DNA from: Bacillota bacterium
GTDB taxonomy: Bacteria > Bacillota > Dehalobacteriia > UBA4068 > UBA4997
Length of the DNA: 64,000 nucleotides
Reading direction: 5' to 3'
Assembly (NCBI GenBank): GCA_036677375.1
Contig: JAVBWO010000012.1
Span: 173,374-237,373, forward strand
This document shows, in pieces, positions 1-9,390 of this stretch. The notes under the pieces were generated by a model. That model worked only from the letters and a program-made list of their open reading frames with translations. It made no database searches and had not been told where the DNA came from. Position 1 is the first letter of the stretch. Each line of letters begins with the position of its first letter. Position numbers and translations under genes: made by a program.

Positions 1-2
1 TC

Positions 3-1481
3 GCCATCCGTCTGTTTGTTACTTGTTTTGCGCTATTCGCCCTTTATTTGTATGTGCCCTCCACTAAGGACGCCGCCGATTTTGTCAGCATTGCCCTGAC
101 TAATTTTAAATCGGCCTTCGTCGCTCTGCTCTACGGCGTCATCCTTTTTTTAGGGCTTCTTGCCATCTATTATGCGGTCGACCTCCTTTTGATTGATCTT
201 AACAGTAATCTCCCCTCTCACCTTGCCGCCATCGTCTTTATCTTCTTCACTCCGGTCTATTTTCTTTCTCTTTTACCCTATTTCAATTCCACGGAAAAGG
301 CGGAGCAGGAAAAACGGGATGCGGCCGCCGCTTATCCGCGATTTTTGGCAATTCTTATTTCTTATATTGCTATTCCTTTGGTCTTTACCTTTTCGGCGGT
401 TCTTGCCGCTTACTTTATCAAGATTCTGATCACCATGAATTGGCCTGTGGGGCAAATCGGTCCCATGGTCTTGGTCTATTCGGCGGTAGGTCTGCTCCTC
501 TATATCCTGAGCGGGCATCTGACCGACCGTTTTGCCCTTCTTTACCGTAAGCTTTTCCCGATCCTATTGATCCCCTTTGTGGCCTTGCAGTTAACTTCCG
601 TATATATCCGTTTGAATGCTTACGGTGTTACGGAATCCCGCTATTATGTCGCGCTGTTCGGTATCTTTTCCATTGTCTGCTCTTTGTATCTTATTTTCTC
701 CAAATTCAAAAAACAAAGAATGATCGCCCTCTTGGCGGCCTGCTTCGCAATTTTTTCCATTTTACCGATCTTTGGCGCTTTTCATATCTCCCGCGCCAGT
801 CAGACCGCCAGGGTAGAACAGATATTGGAAAAAAACGGCATGCTGCAAGATGATCAACTAACGCCTAAGACCGATATCCCGGACGAGGACAAACAGGAAA
901 TCACCAGTATTATTAATTATATGCAAGGCATGGGACATTTGAACGGGCTTTCCTGGCTTCCCGAGGAGTATAAAAAAGACAGCCGAACCTATATTGACTT
1001 TGAAAAGGTTTTCGGATTTTCGCCCTATTATGAAAGCACTCCTTCCGGCGAATATCCAACTTTCATCAATCTTGGGCTCAATTATAATACCCCGATAGAT
1101 ATAACAGGCTTTGAATCTTTTTCCAGGATAAGCTTCTACAGTGAGGCGCCTAAAGATAACAATACTGCGACTTTTTTGATAGCGGGTAAAGAATATGTTA
1201 TAAAGCAAATGCCAACGGATAATGAAAAATTACTTTTTTCCGTCTTTGATCCGGCAGGCAATGTGGTTCTTGATATTTCCCTGGATGATTTCCTCAAGCA
1301 AGTGGCTAAAAAAGGCGGCGACCCGAAAAGCCAGGTGCCGCCGGAAGATGTAACATTCGATATCTCCAATAATACGATTCGCTTGCGACTCATCCTGGAA
1401 AACATCAATTTACAATTAACAAAGGATGGCGAGATCACACAGGTGGACGGCAGCGCCCTTCTTTTAGCCGCAAAACCTTGA
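3..1481 (+). CDS. Polytopic membrane protein (DUF4153-like), 5' end outside window
   Basis: ORF 48..1481 starts at TTG; same frame is open back to the window start with no stop. Many predicted TM helices. Intrinsic terminator downstream. Confidence 0.55.
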   Translation, partial: AIRLFVTCFALFALYLYVPSTKDAADFVSIALTNFKSAFVALLYGVILFLGLLAIYYAVDLLLIDLNSNLPSHLAAIVFIFFTPVYFLSLLPYFNSTEKAEQEKRDAAAAYPRFLAILISYIAIPLVFTFSAVLAAYFIKILITMNWPVGQIGPMVLVYSAVGLLLYILSGHLTDRFALLYRKLFPILLIPFVALQLTSVYIRLNAYGVTESRYYVALFGIFSIVCSLYLIFSKFKKQRMIALLAACFAIFSILPIFGAFHISRASQTARVEQILEKNGMLQDDQLTPKTDIPDEDKQEITSIINYMQGMGHLNGLSWLPEEYKKDSRTYIDFEKVFGFSPYYESTPSGEYPTFINLGLNYNTPIDITGFESFSRISFYSEAPKDNNTATFLIAGKEYVIKQMPTDNEKLLFSVFDPAGNVVLDISLDDFLKQVAKKGGDPKSQVPPEDVTFDISNNTIRLRLILENINLQLTKDGEITQVDGSALLLAAKP

Positions 1482-1563
1482 TAATGGATATTAAGCCATT
1501 ACGGAAACCGCACACTTTACGCACTTCACGCACTTTCAGAGCAAAGCATATTAACCGCAACGT

Positions 1564-1603
1564 AAAAAAGCTGCACGTCTTTAACGTGCAGCTTTTATTT
1601 TTC
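1564..1603. terminator. Bidirectional rho-independent terminator (GCTGCACG..CGTGCAGC stem, A-run 5' and T-run 3')
   Basis: Hairpin aaaaaagctgcacgtctttaacgtgcagcttttattttt lies between convergent genes. Confidence 0.8.
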
Positions 1604-2104
1604 CGGCAATTGTTCCCGAAACTTTTGATAAATTTCGGGATATTCCTCAAAGAATTCAATGAGCTCGCCAAGGCTTTCCACTGTTTTTCTGCTCAGGATA
1701 TGCTCCGCCAGCTCCGCCTCTACAAAAGAATCGGCGCCGCCCGGCCCGTTCACCATGATAAAAAAATGATGTAATGTATCATGACGCCACAACAAGTATT
1801 TGCCAATGGCCTCTCCTTGTTCCGTTAAACGGATGGAACCATACTTTTCATAATCGAGAAAATGCAGATCCGCCAAGCGCCGGATCATCTTAGAGACGGA
1901 GGAGGGGCGGACATGCAGTTCCTTAGCCAGATCTTTCACCCGGACACGGCCGTTTGTGATAATATTACGGCAGATCATCTCCAAGTAGTCTTCCAAAGAA
2001 GCGGTGAGATTGTTTTGATGCTGATCCAGAAGCTGGTAACCCCGAACGGTATAAAAAACTTTTTTTTCCATTTTTTCCACTTTTTCTTTTTCTGTTTTTT
2101 CCAT
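1595..2104 (-). CDS. DtxR/MntR-family metal-dependent transcriptional repressor
   Basis: 169 aa with winged-HTH and metal-binding/dimerisation domain pattern typical of DtxR/IdeR/MntR. Divergent from feoAB. Confidence 0.8.
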   Translation of the reverse strand: MEKTEKEKVEKMEKKVFYTVRGYQLLDQHQNNLTASLEDYLEMICRNIITNGRVRVKDLAKELHVRPSSVSKMIRRLADLHFLDYEKYGSIRLTEQGEAIGKYLLWRHDTLHHFFIMVNGPGGADSFVEAELAEHILSRKTVESLGELIEFFEEYPEIYQKFREQLPEK

Positions 2105-2269
2105 GCGCCGTCTCCCCTCTGCCGCTGCGCCCGTTTTTCAGTTGGCTTACGGTATCGCTTTTGATGCTTTTGTCATGTTACCACGCTTTAAAACTATCTT
2201 ATACCCGTAACCAACCGATTATGCACCGCATATATTAGCTACGGGAAACATTATCGGGAGGAAACGTCA

Positions 2270-2530
2270 ATGAAAAAATTATTAGAGGGAACCACCCTCC
2301 CCTTGTCTTTAAACGCCCTGCCCCTGGGGCATAAGGGCACCGTATTGGCCCTCAGTTGTGAAGGGAAGGAGCGCCGCCGTATGCTTGATCTGGGATTTGT
2401 GCAAGGGACAACGGTGGAAGCCCTGCATTTGAGCCCCTCCGGCGACCCTACCGCTTATTTTATCCGGGGCGCCGTTATTGCCCTGCGCGGTGAAGACGCG
2501 GCAAAAATTTTGGTAGAAGCCTTACGTTAA
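2270..2530 (+). CDS. feoA: FeoA family ferrous iron transport protein
   Basis: 86 aa SH3-like FeoA, immediately upstream of feoB. Confidence 0.85.
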   Translation: MKKLLEGTTLPLSLNALPLGHKGTVLALSCEGKERRRMLDLGFVQGTTVEALHLSPSGDPTAYFIRGAVIALRGEDAAKILVEALR

Positions 2531-2554
2531 CAAAAAAATAGAAGGGGTGTCCGT

Positions 2555-4048
2555 ATGGGTCTGAGTTATCAATCAACCGGCAGGTTGGCAGCCGCAACTG
2601 CTCTGCAAATTGTTAAGAGTTCCTACGAAGACAAAGTGATCGCCCTGGCAGGGAACCCTAACGTGGGGAAAAGTACCGTATTTAATGGCCTCACCGGATT
2701 GAATCAGCATACCGGTAACTGGCCCGGCAAAACCGTTACCAATGCACAGGGCAGCTATGTTTATCAAAACCAAAATTTTATCCTCGTGGACGTACCTGGC
2801 ACCTATTCCCTTCTGGCCAGTTCCGTTGAGGAAGAAGTCGCCCGGGATTTTATCTGCTTTGGCGACCCGGATGCCACCATCATCGTGGCAGACGCCACCT
2901 GTCTGGAACGCAATCTGAATCTGATGCTGCAAATTTTGGAAATCACGGGCAATGCGGTAGTCTGCGTCAATCTATTGGATGAAGCCAAAAAGAAAAAAAT
3001 CCGGGTCGACTTGGCGGCACTCCAAAAAGAATTAGGCGTTCCGGTGGTAGGAACCAGCGCCGTTGCCAAAAAAGGACTGGCGCAGTTGCCGCAGGAAGTC
3101 CACGGCATTACCGCAGGCTCCAAAACAACATCACCCTTTCGGCTTTCTTATGATCCCGTCATCGAAGAAGCCGCTGCCATGCTAAAACCCGCTTTGACAA
3201 AGCTTTTACAAGGCAGACTGGATTCCCGCTGGGTTGCCCTAAAGCTCCTAGACCTGGATGAAACGCTTTACAAGGCGCTTACCGCCTACCTTTCCTATGA
3301 TCTTCTGGCCGACCCTATTTTGCAAAAGTTGTTGGCACAAGCAAAAGCCTATCTGGAAGAAAAAGGCATGGGGCGGGAGCTTTTACGGGATAGAATCGTA
3401 GAAAGCCTGGTAGCCGAAAGCGAACGGATTTTTCACAACTGCGTTGTCTTGGAAAATCAAAGGTACCACAGCCGCGACCGCAGAATTGACCACCTTCTGA
3501 CGGCCAAAGCCACCGGAATTCCCATTATGCTGGCTTTGCTGGCTCTGATCTTCTGGTTGACCATCGTGGGGGCTAACTACCCTTCATCCTTGCTTTCCAC
3601 ATTTTTTTTCTGGCTGGAAGACCGGATCACCGTTTTTTTTCATCTCATTGGAGCGCCGGGCTGGCTACATGGCATGTTAATTGCGGGATGCTACCGAACA
3701 CTGGCCTGGGTCGTTTCTGTGATGCTGCCGCCCATGGCCATCTTTTTCCCGCTATTCACCCTGCTTGAAGATTCCGGTTATTTGCCACGGATCGCCTTCA
3801 ACATGGATCGCTTCTTTAAAAAAGCCTGCGCTCATGGCAAACAATCATTGACCATGTGCATGGGGTTTGGTTGCAATGCCTGCGGCGTCATCGGCTGCCG
3901 GATCATCGATTCACCAAGAGAACGGTTGATCGCCATTCTGACCAATAATTTTGTACCCTGCAACGGCAGATTACCGCCACCATCCTTAGGGCAAAAATCA
4001 GTCATGCCTTATACCTATACTTGCTCTTATGAAGCCTGTTTCTCATGA
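2555..4048 (+). CDS. feoB: FeoB 5' segment: G-domain plus first part of membrane domain. Interrupted: homology ends after ...FVPCNGRLP at ~3975, followed by an unrelated 23-aa tail and stop.
   Basis: GNPNVGKST G1 motif. Collinear with the intact FeoB paralog at 37949..39955 up to GFGC...SAKLP. C-terminal ~250 aa absent here and found at 34420..35304. Confidence 0.85.
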   Translation: MGLSYQSTGRLAAATALQIVKSSYEDKVIALAGNPNVGKSTVFNGLTGLNQHTGNWPGKTVTNAQGSYVYQNQNFILVDVPGTYSLLASSVEEEVARDFICFGDPDATIIVADATCLERNLNLMLQILEITGNAVVCVNLLDEAKKKKIRVDLAALQKELGVPVVGTSAVAKKGLAQLPQEVHGITAGSKTTSPFRLSYDPVIEEAAAMLKPALTKLLQGRLDSRWVALKLLDLDETLYKALTAYLSYDLLADPILQKLLAQAKAYLEEKGMGRELLRDRIVESLVAESERIFHNCVVLENQRYHSRDRRIDHLLTAKATGIPIMLALLALIFWLTIVGANYPSSLLSTFFFWLEDRITVFFHLIGAPGWLHGMLIAGCYRTLAWVVSVMLPPMAIFFPLFTLLEDSGYLPRIAFNMDRFFKKACAHGKQSLTMCMGFGCNACGVIGCRIIDSPRERLIAILTNNFVPCNGRLPPPSLGQKSVMPYTYTCSYEACFS

Positions 4049-4075
4049 GCGGCGGCTCACTGGGCAGGCGACAGA

Positions 4076-4112
4076 AAAACCCTCCTCCGTACAGGTAACG
4101 GAGGAGGGTTTT
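4076..4112 (+). terminator. Rho-independent terminator just after truncated feoB
   Basis: aaaaaccctcctccgtacaggtaacggaggagggttttt. Confidence 0.7.
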
Positions 4113-4697
4113 TCCACAAGATGGCACGTGACGAGATGCTGCCGCGCCAGGGGCCCCGCTTAATCCTAAGGCGGCTTCAGTACCAATGCCGAAAGCGATA
4201 CCGGGCGCAAAGCGCCGCAGCTACCATCACTCCTATGGGAAAATGGTTTTCTTAAGGCATCGTCCCCCTTTCCTCCTGCGCTTTCAGGTGATTGATGATG
4301 CCGTTGACAACCCGAATTTTTTCCGATGTTGTCAGACAGGAGGTGTTTAATCTGTTTTCAATTAACTGTACATGAAAAGCATTGACGCGTTCTTCCACGA
4401 CTTCTCTCTTGTCTTGACTGCCGGGATAGATGCGAATATTTTTGACCTGAGTTCTTTCAATTCACCCCCCTCCCTAAACCGCCTGGGGATGCGATTCTGT
4501 CCGGTTCGGTAGGGTTTTGCATTTCATTTTTCTTCAGGAGCCGTTGCTCCCTATAAGATGGTCATGATTCATGATGGTGATTGCCCTAACCGTTTGCATC
4601 CCCACGGGCGCTTTATGCAATCATATGAAGCAACCGGCATGACCTATGCATGATAAACATTTATACGTTTGATCTTTTGCATCTTTTTTTACTAGCG

Positions 4698-4760
4698 CTT
4701 GACAAAAGGTAATATATTGCATATTATATAAGTAATATATTACATATATGGCGGGAGGAA
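4698..4760 (+). promoter_or_regulatory. marR promoter (TTGACA -35) with direct repeats GTAATATATT x2 (candidate MarR operator) and GGGAGG RBS
   Basis: ttgacaaaaggtaatatattgcatattatataagtaatatattacatata precedes the RBS. Confidence 0.45.
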
Positions 4761-4766
4761 TCATGC

Positions 4767-5225
4767 ATGGATGAATTAGCCAAGAAAGCTTATATTTTCG
4801 GCACGATCTTCGCCTTATCCAATCAATTGCAAGTGCTTGGCGATGCCTTCGATCCTAATATTACTATCAAACAATGGCTTTTTATGGCAAGCGTTTCCAA
4901 ATTTAAAGATCCGCCCACGATCAGTGAAGCAGCGGATTTTATCGGCTATTCCAGGCAAAACGCCAAGCGCATCGCAACTGCTCTAAAAGAACAAGGCTAT
5001 GTAACCATCACAAAGGATCCATATGATTCACGCGCCTTACGAATCGCCTTGACCCCCCAATGCACAGAGTATTTTGCCGGGCGATGGCAAAAAGAAGCCG
5101 ATTTTTTGGAGCGGCTTTTTAGCGGATTTGACGCAGAATTCATTGACAAGTTTTGCCAGAGCTTGTCGAAGCTTGGGAAAAATATTGAAATGATGGTGAG
5201 TGAACATGAAACGATCAAAGATTAG
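4767..5225 (+). CDS. MarR family transcriptional regulator
   Basis: 152 aa winged-helix MarR pattern. First gene inside the left end of the element. Confidence 0.75.
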   Translation: MDELAKKAYIFGTIFALSNQLQVLGDAFDPNITIKQWLFMASVSKFKDPPTISEAADFIGYSRQNAKRIATALKEQGYVTITKDPYDSRALRIALTPQCTEYFAGRWQKEADFLERLFSGFDAEFIDKFCQSLSKLGKNIEMMVSEHETIKD

Positions 5226-5265
5226 AAAAAGCAGAGAAAGCAGCAGAAGCAGAAGGAGCAGATTG

Positions 5266-6099
5266 ATGATTATTTTAGGAATCATAGTTGGTCTGATATT
5301 GCTGATTACCATCTATTTTATACAGCCGTATTCGGCTTTGAAATCGGATTTTACTCAAAATGTCAATGCGGCTGCCACAAAAATGCCAATAGAAGCAAGC
5401 CAATTTACCGCAGAAGACATTGCCGGTCTTCCCGAACCTGTTCAAAAATATTTTACCGATTGCGGATATATCGGCACACCTAAAATGTCCTATATGAAAG
5501 CAACCTTCCAAAACGTTGCATTTTCAACCGGACCTAACAATCGGACACTGAAAATCGATTATACGCAATATAACTTTGTCAAAGAGCCCACCCGATTTGC
5601 TTTTATCGATAGCGCCATGTTCGGTATTCCGTTTCAGGGATTTGACTGTTATTTCGGCGGCGCCGGCAATATGAAGGGCGTACTTGCCAAGACCTTCACA
5701 CTATTTGACCAGAAAGGTGCCGAGATGGATCAAGCCAGTCTTGTTACCGTACTTTCGGAATGCCTGCTGATCCCCAATGTTGCTTTGCAAGACTACATTA
5801 CTTGGGAAAGTATTGACGAGACCCATGCCAAAGCAATCATATCCTACTTGGGAAATCGCGCAAGCGGCCTTTTCACCTTTGCCGAAAACGGTGAAATGCG
5901 CTCATTTACCACGGATGACAGAACGGCAATCGACTTTAACGGAAATAAACAGCATGTAAAATGGACTGCCATTTGTGATGATTACAAAGATCATAACGGA
6001 ATCAAACAGCCTTCCACATTAAAAGCAGTCTGGCATTATCCGGAGGGTGACCACACCTATTTCGACGGGTCCAATGTCAAAATCGAATTTTATCAATAA
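5266..6099 (+). CDS. Hypothetical membrane-anchored protein (N-terminal TM helix, ~250 aa extracytoplasmic domain)
   Basis: ORF track starts at 5200, but ATG at 5266 has GAAGGAG RBS 7 nt upstream. Co-oriented with marR. No recognisable catalytic motifs. Confidence 0.5.
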   Translation: MIILGIIVGLILLITIYFIQPYSALKSDFTQNVNAAATKMPIEASQFTAEDIAGLPEPVQKYFTDCGYIGTPKMSYMKATFQNVAFSTGPNNRTLKIDYTQYNFVKEPTRFAFIDSAMFGIPFQGFDCYFGGAGNMKGVLAKTFTLFDQKGAEMDQASLVTVLSECLLIPNVALQDYITWESIDETHAKAIISYLGNRASGLFTFAENGEMRSFTTDDRTAIDFNGNKQHVKWTAICDDYKDHNGIKQPSTLKAVWHYPEGDHTYFDGSNVKIEFYQ

Positions 6100-6114
6100 G
6101 CAGCCGAAAAAACA

Positions 6115-6140
6115 AACCTGCCGGAATTACCGGCAGGAAG
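6115..6140 (+). terminator. Terminator hairpin CCTGCCGG-aatta-CCGGCAGG
   Basis: Perfect 8 bp stem downstream of 6099 stop. Confidence 0.55.
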
Positions 6141-6414
6141 ATAAGAGGATAAAAGGGCATGCGCCATAGAGTGCATGACCTTCCTTTTTTGGGGTTGACT
6201 TTCTATTATGACTTGATGCTGTATTATTTGATTCTATAAATAGCGCGGCGCGTATGAATGAAAGAACCACCCGCTATTGAATTGTTTCAGAACTGTTCAT
6301 TGACGGGTGGTTATGATTCTCTTTACCGGCTTCCCCTACTCCGTTTGATTTGCCACTTCGCTTTTAAATTCACTTCTCCTTGCGCCATCCGGTTTTCTTT
6401 TCCTGTCAGAGTGG

Positions 6415-8826
6415 TCATTGAAGCTCAAAAACGGCATAATCACGGTATTCGTAATAACCGTTGGAGATCAAAAGCTCCAGCGGATCATCGCTGTCCAGAT
6501 TGGCCAGAAAGCCAATATTTTCCGTTTTATAGTCCCAGTCGGTATGGGTCCATATATTTGATTTCACAATCCGGTAGGTCTGAGGAGTGTTAAGGTCGTC
6601 AATGATGAGCATGGCGTTGACAAATGCCGTTTTGCCGTCTTTGAAATGCTGTTCACTCCATTTTTCCTGAAATGGCAGCGGGTCCCCATCAATTTTCCGG
6701 TAGACATCATTGATCTCAAGAACCGCGCCAATGACGCCGTCGCCGCAAACATCCCCTTCATAAGCGGCATCAATGGCAACCGGCGCATTTTCAATCTGAT
6801 TGTCTTTGAGATACTGTTTCACAGTATCCATATATTTTGCCGTATTCGTTCCTTTTCTGACTTCCCGGTAACCGCTATTAGCGCTTTTCAAGACCCCATA
6901 ATATTCTTCCGGCATATCGTCCGGTTTTAGCCTGTCACATGCCGGAAAGGATAAAAAGATCTCGCCCTCATAATCTCCCGGAACCAATTTTACCTGATAA
7001 GTTCCCAGTTTTTCATCCTGTGTATACAGGTCAAAATCCAAGCCCTGCAAAACGGAGATGGGAAAATCAAACCCCTCTGGCCGAGCGACGCCGTTCACGA
7101 TGAGCATATCATTGGCTACGACAATCTGATAGTCGTTCAAATTGACGGTGCGGGGGTAATCCGCCGCTTTCGCCGGATCACAAAGCTCGAAGACTTCCTC
7201 ATAACCATCCGTAAGGTTCAAATAAACAAATTGGCCGTCCCGTACCGCGTAGGTAGAACGGCCCTCGTCACGGTAAGCGCAATATAGTTCGTCATAGAGC
7301 AAAGGCACCACCAGCTCACCTGCGGTATTGATAAAACCGTACTTACCGTCTTTTAGCACAGGTGACAGGCCAAAGTAGAAACCGTCCACTTCGTCATAGT
7401 CATAGAGTTTGCCGTTGACGTCAATGGGTTTCCAAACAGGTTCGCCATTTGTGTCAACGCGCACTTTGCCAACACCTTTCCAAAAATCCGAAGCGCCGTC
7501 ATATGTGGCCTCCACCAAAACATTGCCTTTTTGATCCTGAAATCCCGCTTTGCCGTTCTCATGGAAAACCACGGGATAACGCCAGTTAGGAATATCCGGA
7601 GTGATCTTAAAACCGGCAAACGGGGTTTGAATGGCGCCATACAGCATGTCGGTCACCGATTCCTGCTCACTGCTTTTTGCCGGATCTTCCGCACTCGTAG
7701 TGCCTTCTTGAATGCCAGGCTCCACCAAAGCAGAGTTAGCCGGCTCTACCTGTTTGCCGTTGGTTAAAGTAACTGCCGCTACGATAACCACCAAAATTAA
7801 TGCGAGAACCGTTACCAAGGCGCTCTTTTTTTTAAAGTTCATGATCGCCTTGATCCTTGACTTCAGGTTGCTTTCGCCAAAGGAAAGGATACCACCGTTT
7901 AAAAGCCCGTTTTGTCTGGCACTGAAATCAATCAGGGTATTGGCGTAATCGGCGCGGGCTTCGCCGCCGAAAACAGCCAAAACCTTCTCATCACAGGAAA
8001 ACTCCATGTCTTTCTTAAATAAAAAATAACATAACCAAACCAGAGGATTAAAAAAATGGATGCAAACAGCCAACAAAAACAAGAGGTTCCAAACAGGGTC
8101 CGCCCGCTTGATATGGCAGAGCTCGTGCACAAGGATCTTTTCCAGCTTTTCATCCGGCTGACTTTCACAGGCCACAGGCAGGATGATACGGGGATGAATC
8201 AGACCGCATAGGATAGGACCTTTTATATTTTCACTCAAAAGAACTTTGCTTTCTCTTTTCAAATTGATCCGGCCTTGGCTTATTTGGATCAGTCCGCTAT
8301 TTTGGTAAAGGCAAGCCGTTTTCAGCTTTGACCGGATTTTTATGTAACCCGCGATACTGAACAGCAAGAGCAATAGGACTCCTGCCACCCAAAAAAGCGA
8401 AGCGGCAAAGTAGGCTGCCTGAACAGTGTCAAGACTGCCAATCTTTTGGCTTAGCCCCGTCTTTTTCGTTGTCTCTGAGGGATTGATCTGATATGTTGCA
8501 TCTGCCGCAGGCAGATTTTGCCGAGACGGCAGGTTGAATTGGGATTTGCTTGGCTTCAGCAAGTCCGGCTCCAGATACTCATTGACGGCAATCCTTTGGG
8601 CGGGAACCGGCGTAGGCACCGCATTGAATATGCTGAGACCGGCGGCAAACGAAAATGGGAGCAGCAGCCGGATCAGTAAGACGATCCAAAGAACATAAAG
8701 AATTCTTTTAGGGATGAGCCTGGCAAAACAAAAACGCACCAGCAAGATCACAAGGGCAACAAGAGAACCGGTAAAGGTCAGGTTCAATACGGTCCGGAAT
8801 ACGGTGTCAAGCATTATCTTTCTCAC
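6415..8826 (-). CDS. BlaR1/MecR1-family M56 metallopeptidase sensor with large C-terminal extracytoplasmic domain containing KWG/WG-like repeats
   Basis: N-terminal TM segments, HELCH(x)KRxD zinc motif, second TM block. ~450 aa C-terminal domain with repeated GKYGFIN / KDGKYGF-like motifs. Overlaps blaI stop. Confidence 0.75.
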   Translation of the reverse strand: MRKIMLDTVFRTVLNLTFTGSLVALVILLVRFCFARLIPKRILYVLWIVLLIRLLLPFSFAAGLSIFNAVPTPVPAQRIAVNEYLEPDLLKPSKSQFNLPSRQNLPAADATYQINPSETTKKTGLSQKIGSLDTVQAAYFAASLFWVAGVLLLLLFSIAGYIKIRSKLKTACLYQNSGLIQISQGRINLKRESKVLLSENIKGPILCGLIHPRIILPVACESQPDEKLEKILVHELCHIKRADPVWNLLFLLAVCIHFFNPLVWLCYFLFKKDMEFSCDEKVLAVFGGEARADYANTLIDFSARQNGLLNGGILSFGESNLKSRIKAIMNFKKKSALVTVLALILVVIVAAVTLTNGKQVEPANSALVEPGIQEGTTSAEDPAKSSEQESVTDMLYGAIQTPFAGFKITPDIPNWRYPVVFHENGKAGFQDQKGNVLVEATYDGASDFWKGVGKVRVDTNGEPVWKPIDVNGKLYDYDEVDGFYFGLSPVLKDGKYGFINTAGELVVPLLYDELYCAYRDEGRSTYAVRDGQFVYLNLTDGYEEVFELCDPAKAADYPRTVNLNDYQIVVANDMLIVNGVARPEGFDFPISVLQGLDFDLYTQDEKLGTYQVKLVPGDYEGEIFLSFPACDRLKPDDMPEEYYGVLKSANSGYREVRKGTNTAKYMDTVKQYLKDNQIENAPVAIDAAYEGDVCGDGVIGAVLEINDVYRKIDGDPLPFQEKWSEQHFKDGKTAFVNAMLIIDDLNTPQTYRIVKSNIWTHTDWDYKTENIGFLANLDSDDPLELLISNGYYEYRDYAVFELQ

Positions 8827-9238
8827 CCCTTTCCACTCTTTCTGCTCTTTCTGCTCTTTCTAATTTTTCTAATTTTTCTACACCGTCTACTTTTCCCACG
8901 ATTTTACGCAGCTCGTCAATTTCTGTTTGACTGAGCTTTTCATCCTGTAAAAAGCTGACAAAAAAAGCTTTTAAAGAACCGCTGTATATTTTTTCGATAT
9001 GCTGGCGGCTCTCCTGTTTTTGCACCTGTTCACGGGTAACCAAGCTTTTGATGACACTGTCTTCCTTTTGGATAACACCCCTTTGGCAAAGCCTTCTGAT
9101 GACGGTAAAGGTGGTTGATTTTTTCCAGGAAAGCTCCTTTTCGCAAAGCTTAACCAGCTCGCCGCTGCCCATCGGTTCTTGATCCCAGACCAGGTTCATA
9201 AAACGCATTTCCGCGTCAAAGATTTTAATATTTGCCAT
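8807..9238 (-). CDS. BlaI/MecI/CopY-family penicillinase-type transcriptional repressor, with repetitive EKLEKLERAERAERVE C-terminal tail
   Basis: Winged helix N-terminal domain typical of BlaI. Tail encoded by tandem DNA repeats at 8835-8880. Confidence 0.75.
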   Translation of the reverse strand: MANIKIFDAEMRFMNLVWDQEPMGSGELVKLCEKELSWKKSTTFTVIRRLCQRGVIQKEDSVIKSLVTREQVQKQESRQHIEKIYSGSLKAFFVSFLQDEKLSQTEIDELRKIVGKVDGVEKLEKLERAERAERVERGEKDNA

Positions 9239-9291
9239 CCCATAGCGCTCCTACTCGTATTTTATTTAGTTTATTCTATTAAACCTATCAA

Positions 9292-9311
9292 AAGTTTAAT
9301 TCATTAAACTT
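9292..9311. promoter_or_regulatory. Perfect dyad AAGTTTAAT-tc-ATTAAACTT upstream of blaI, candidate BlaI operator
   Basis: 20 bp palindrome ~55 bp upstream of blaI start. Confidence 0.45.
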
Positions 9312-9325
9312 AAAATGTCAATAAT

Positions 9326-9358
9326 AAAAAGAGCTGTCAAATGACAACTCTTTTTTGC
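9326..9358 (-). terminator. Rho-independent terminator downstream of the TudS-like gene
   Basis: aaaaagagctgtcaaatgacaactctttttt. Confidence 0.7.
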
Positions 9359-9390
9359 CTTATCATAACTCTATCACAATTCTGATCCGG

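Noticed and set aside
193-1438. Several 60-120 aa ORFs (193..429+, 273..518-, 858..1208-, 1136..1438-) overlapping the 5' membrane-protein gene
   Set aside because: Fully nested in or antisense to a long, well-supported ORF. Composition typical of spurious frames.
6258-6593. 111 aa plus-strand ORF between the hypothetical gene and blaR1
   Set aside because: Overlaps the blaR1 3' end, no RBS, Cys/Arg-rich nonsense-like translation. The region is better explained by convergent terminators.
8835-8880. Tandem 9 bp repeats at the blaI 3' end, considered as a possible CRISPR-like array
   Set aside because: Too short, no spacers, and they lie inside a coding region where they encode the repetitive protein tail.
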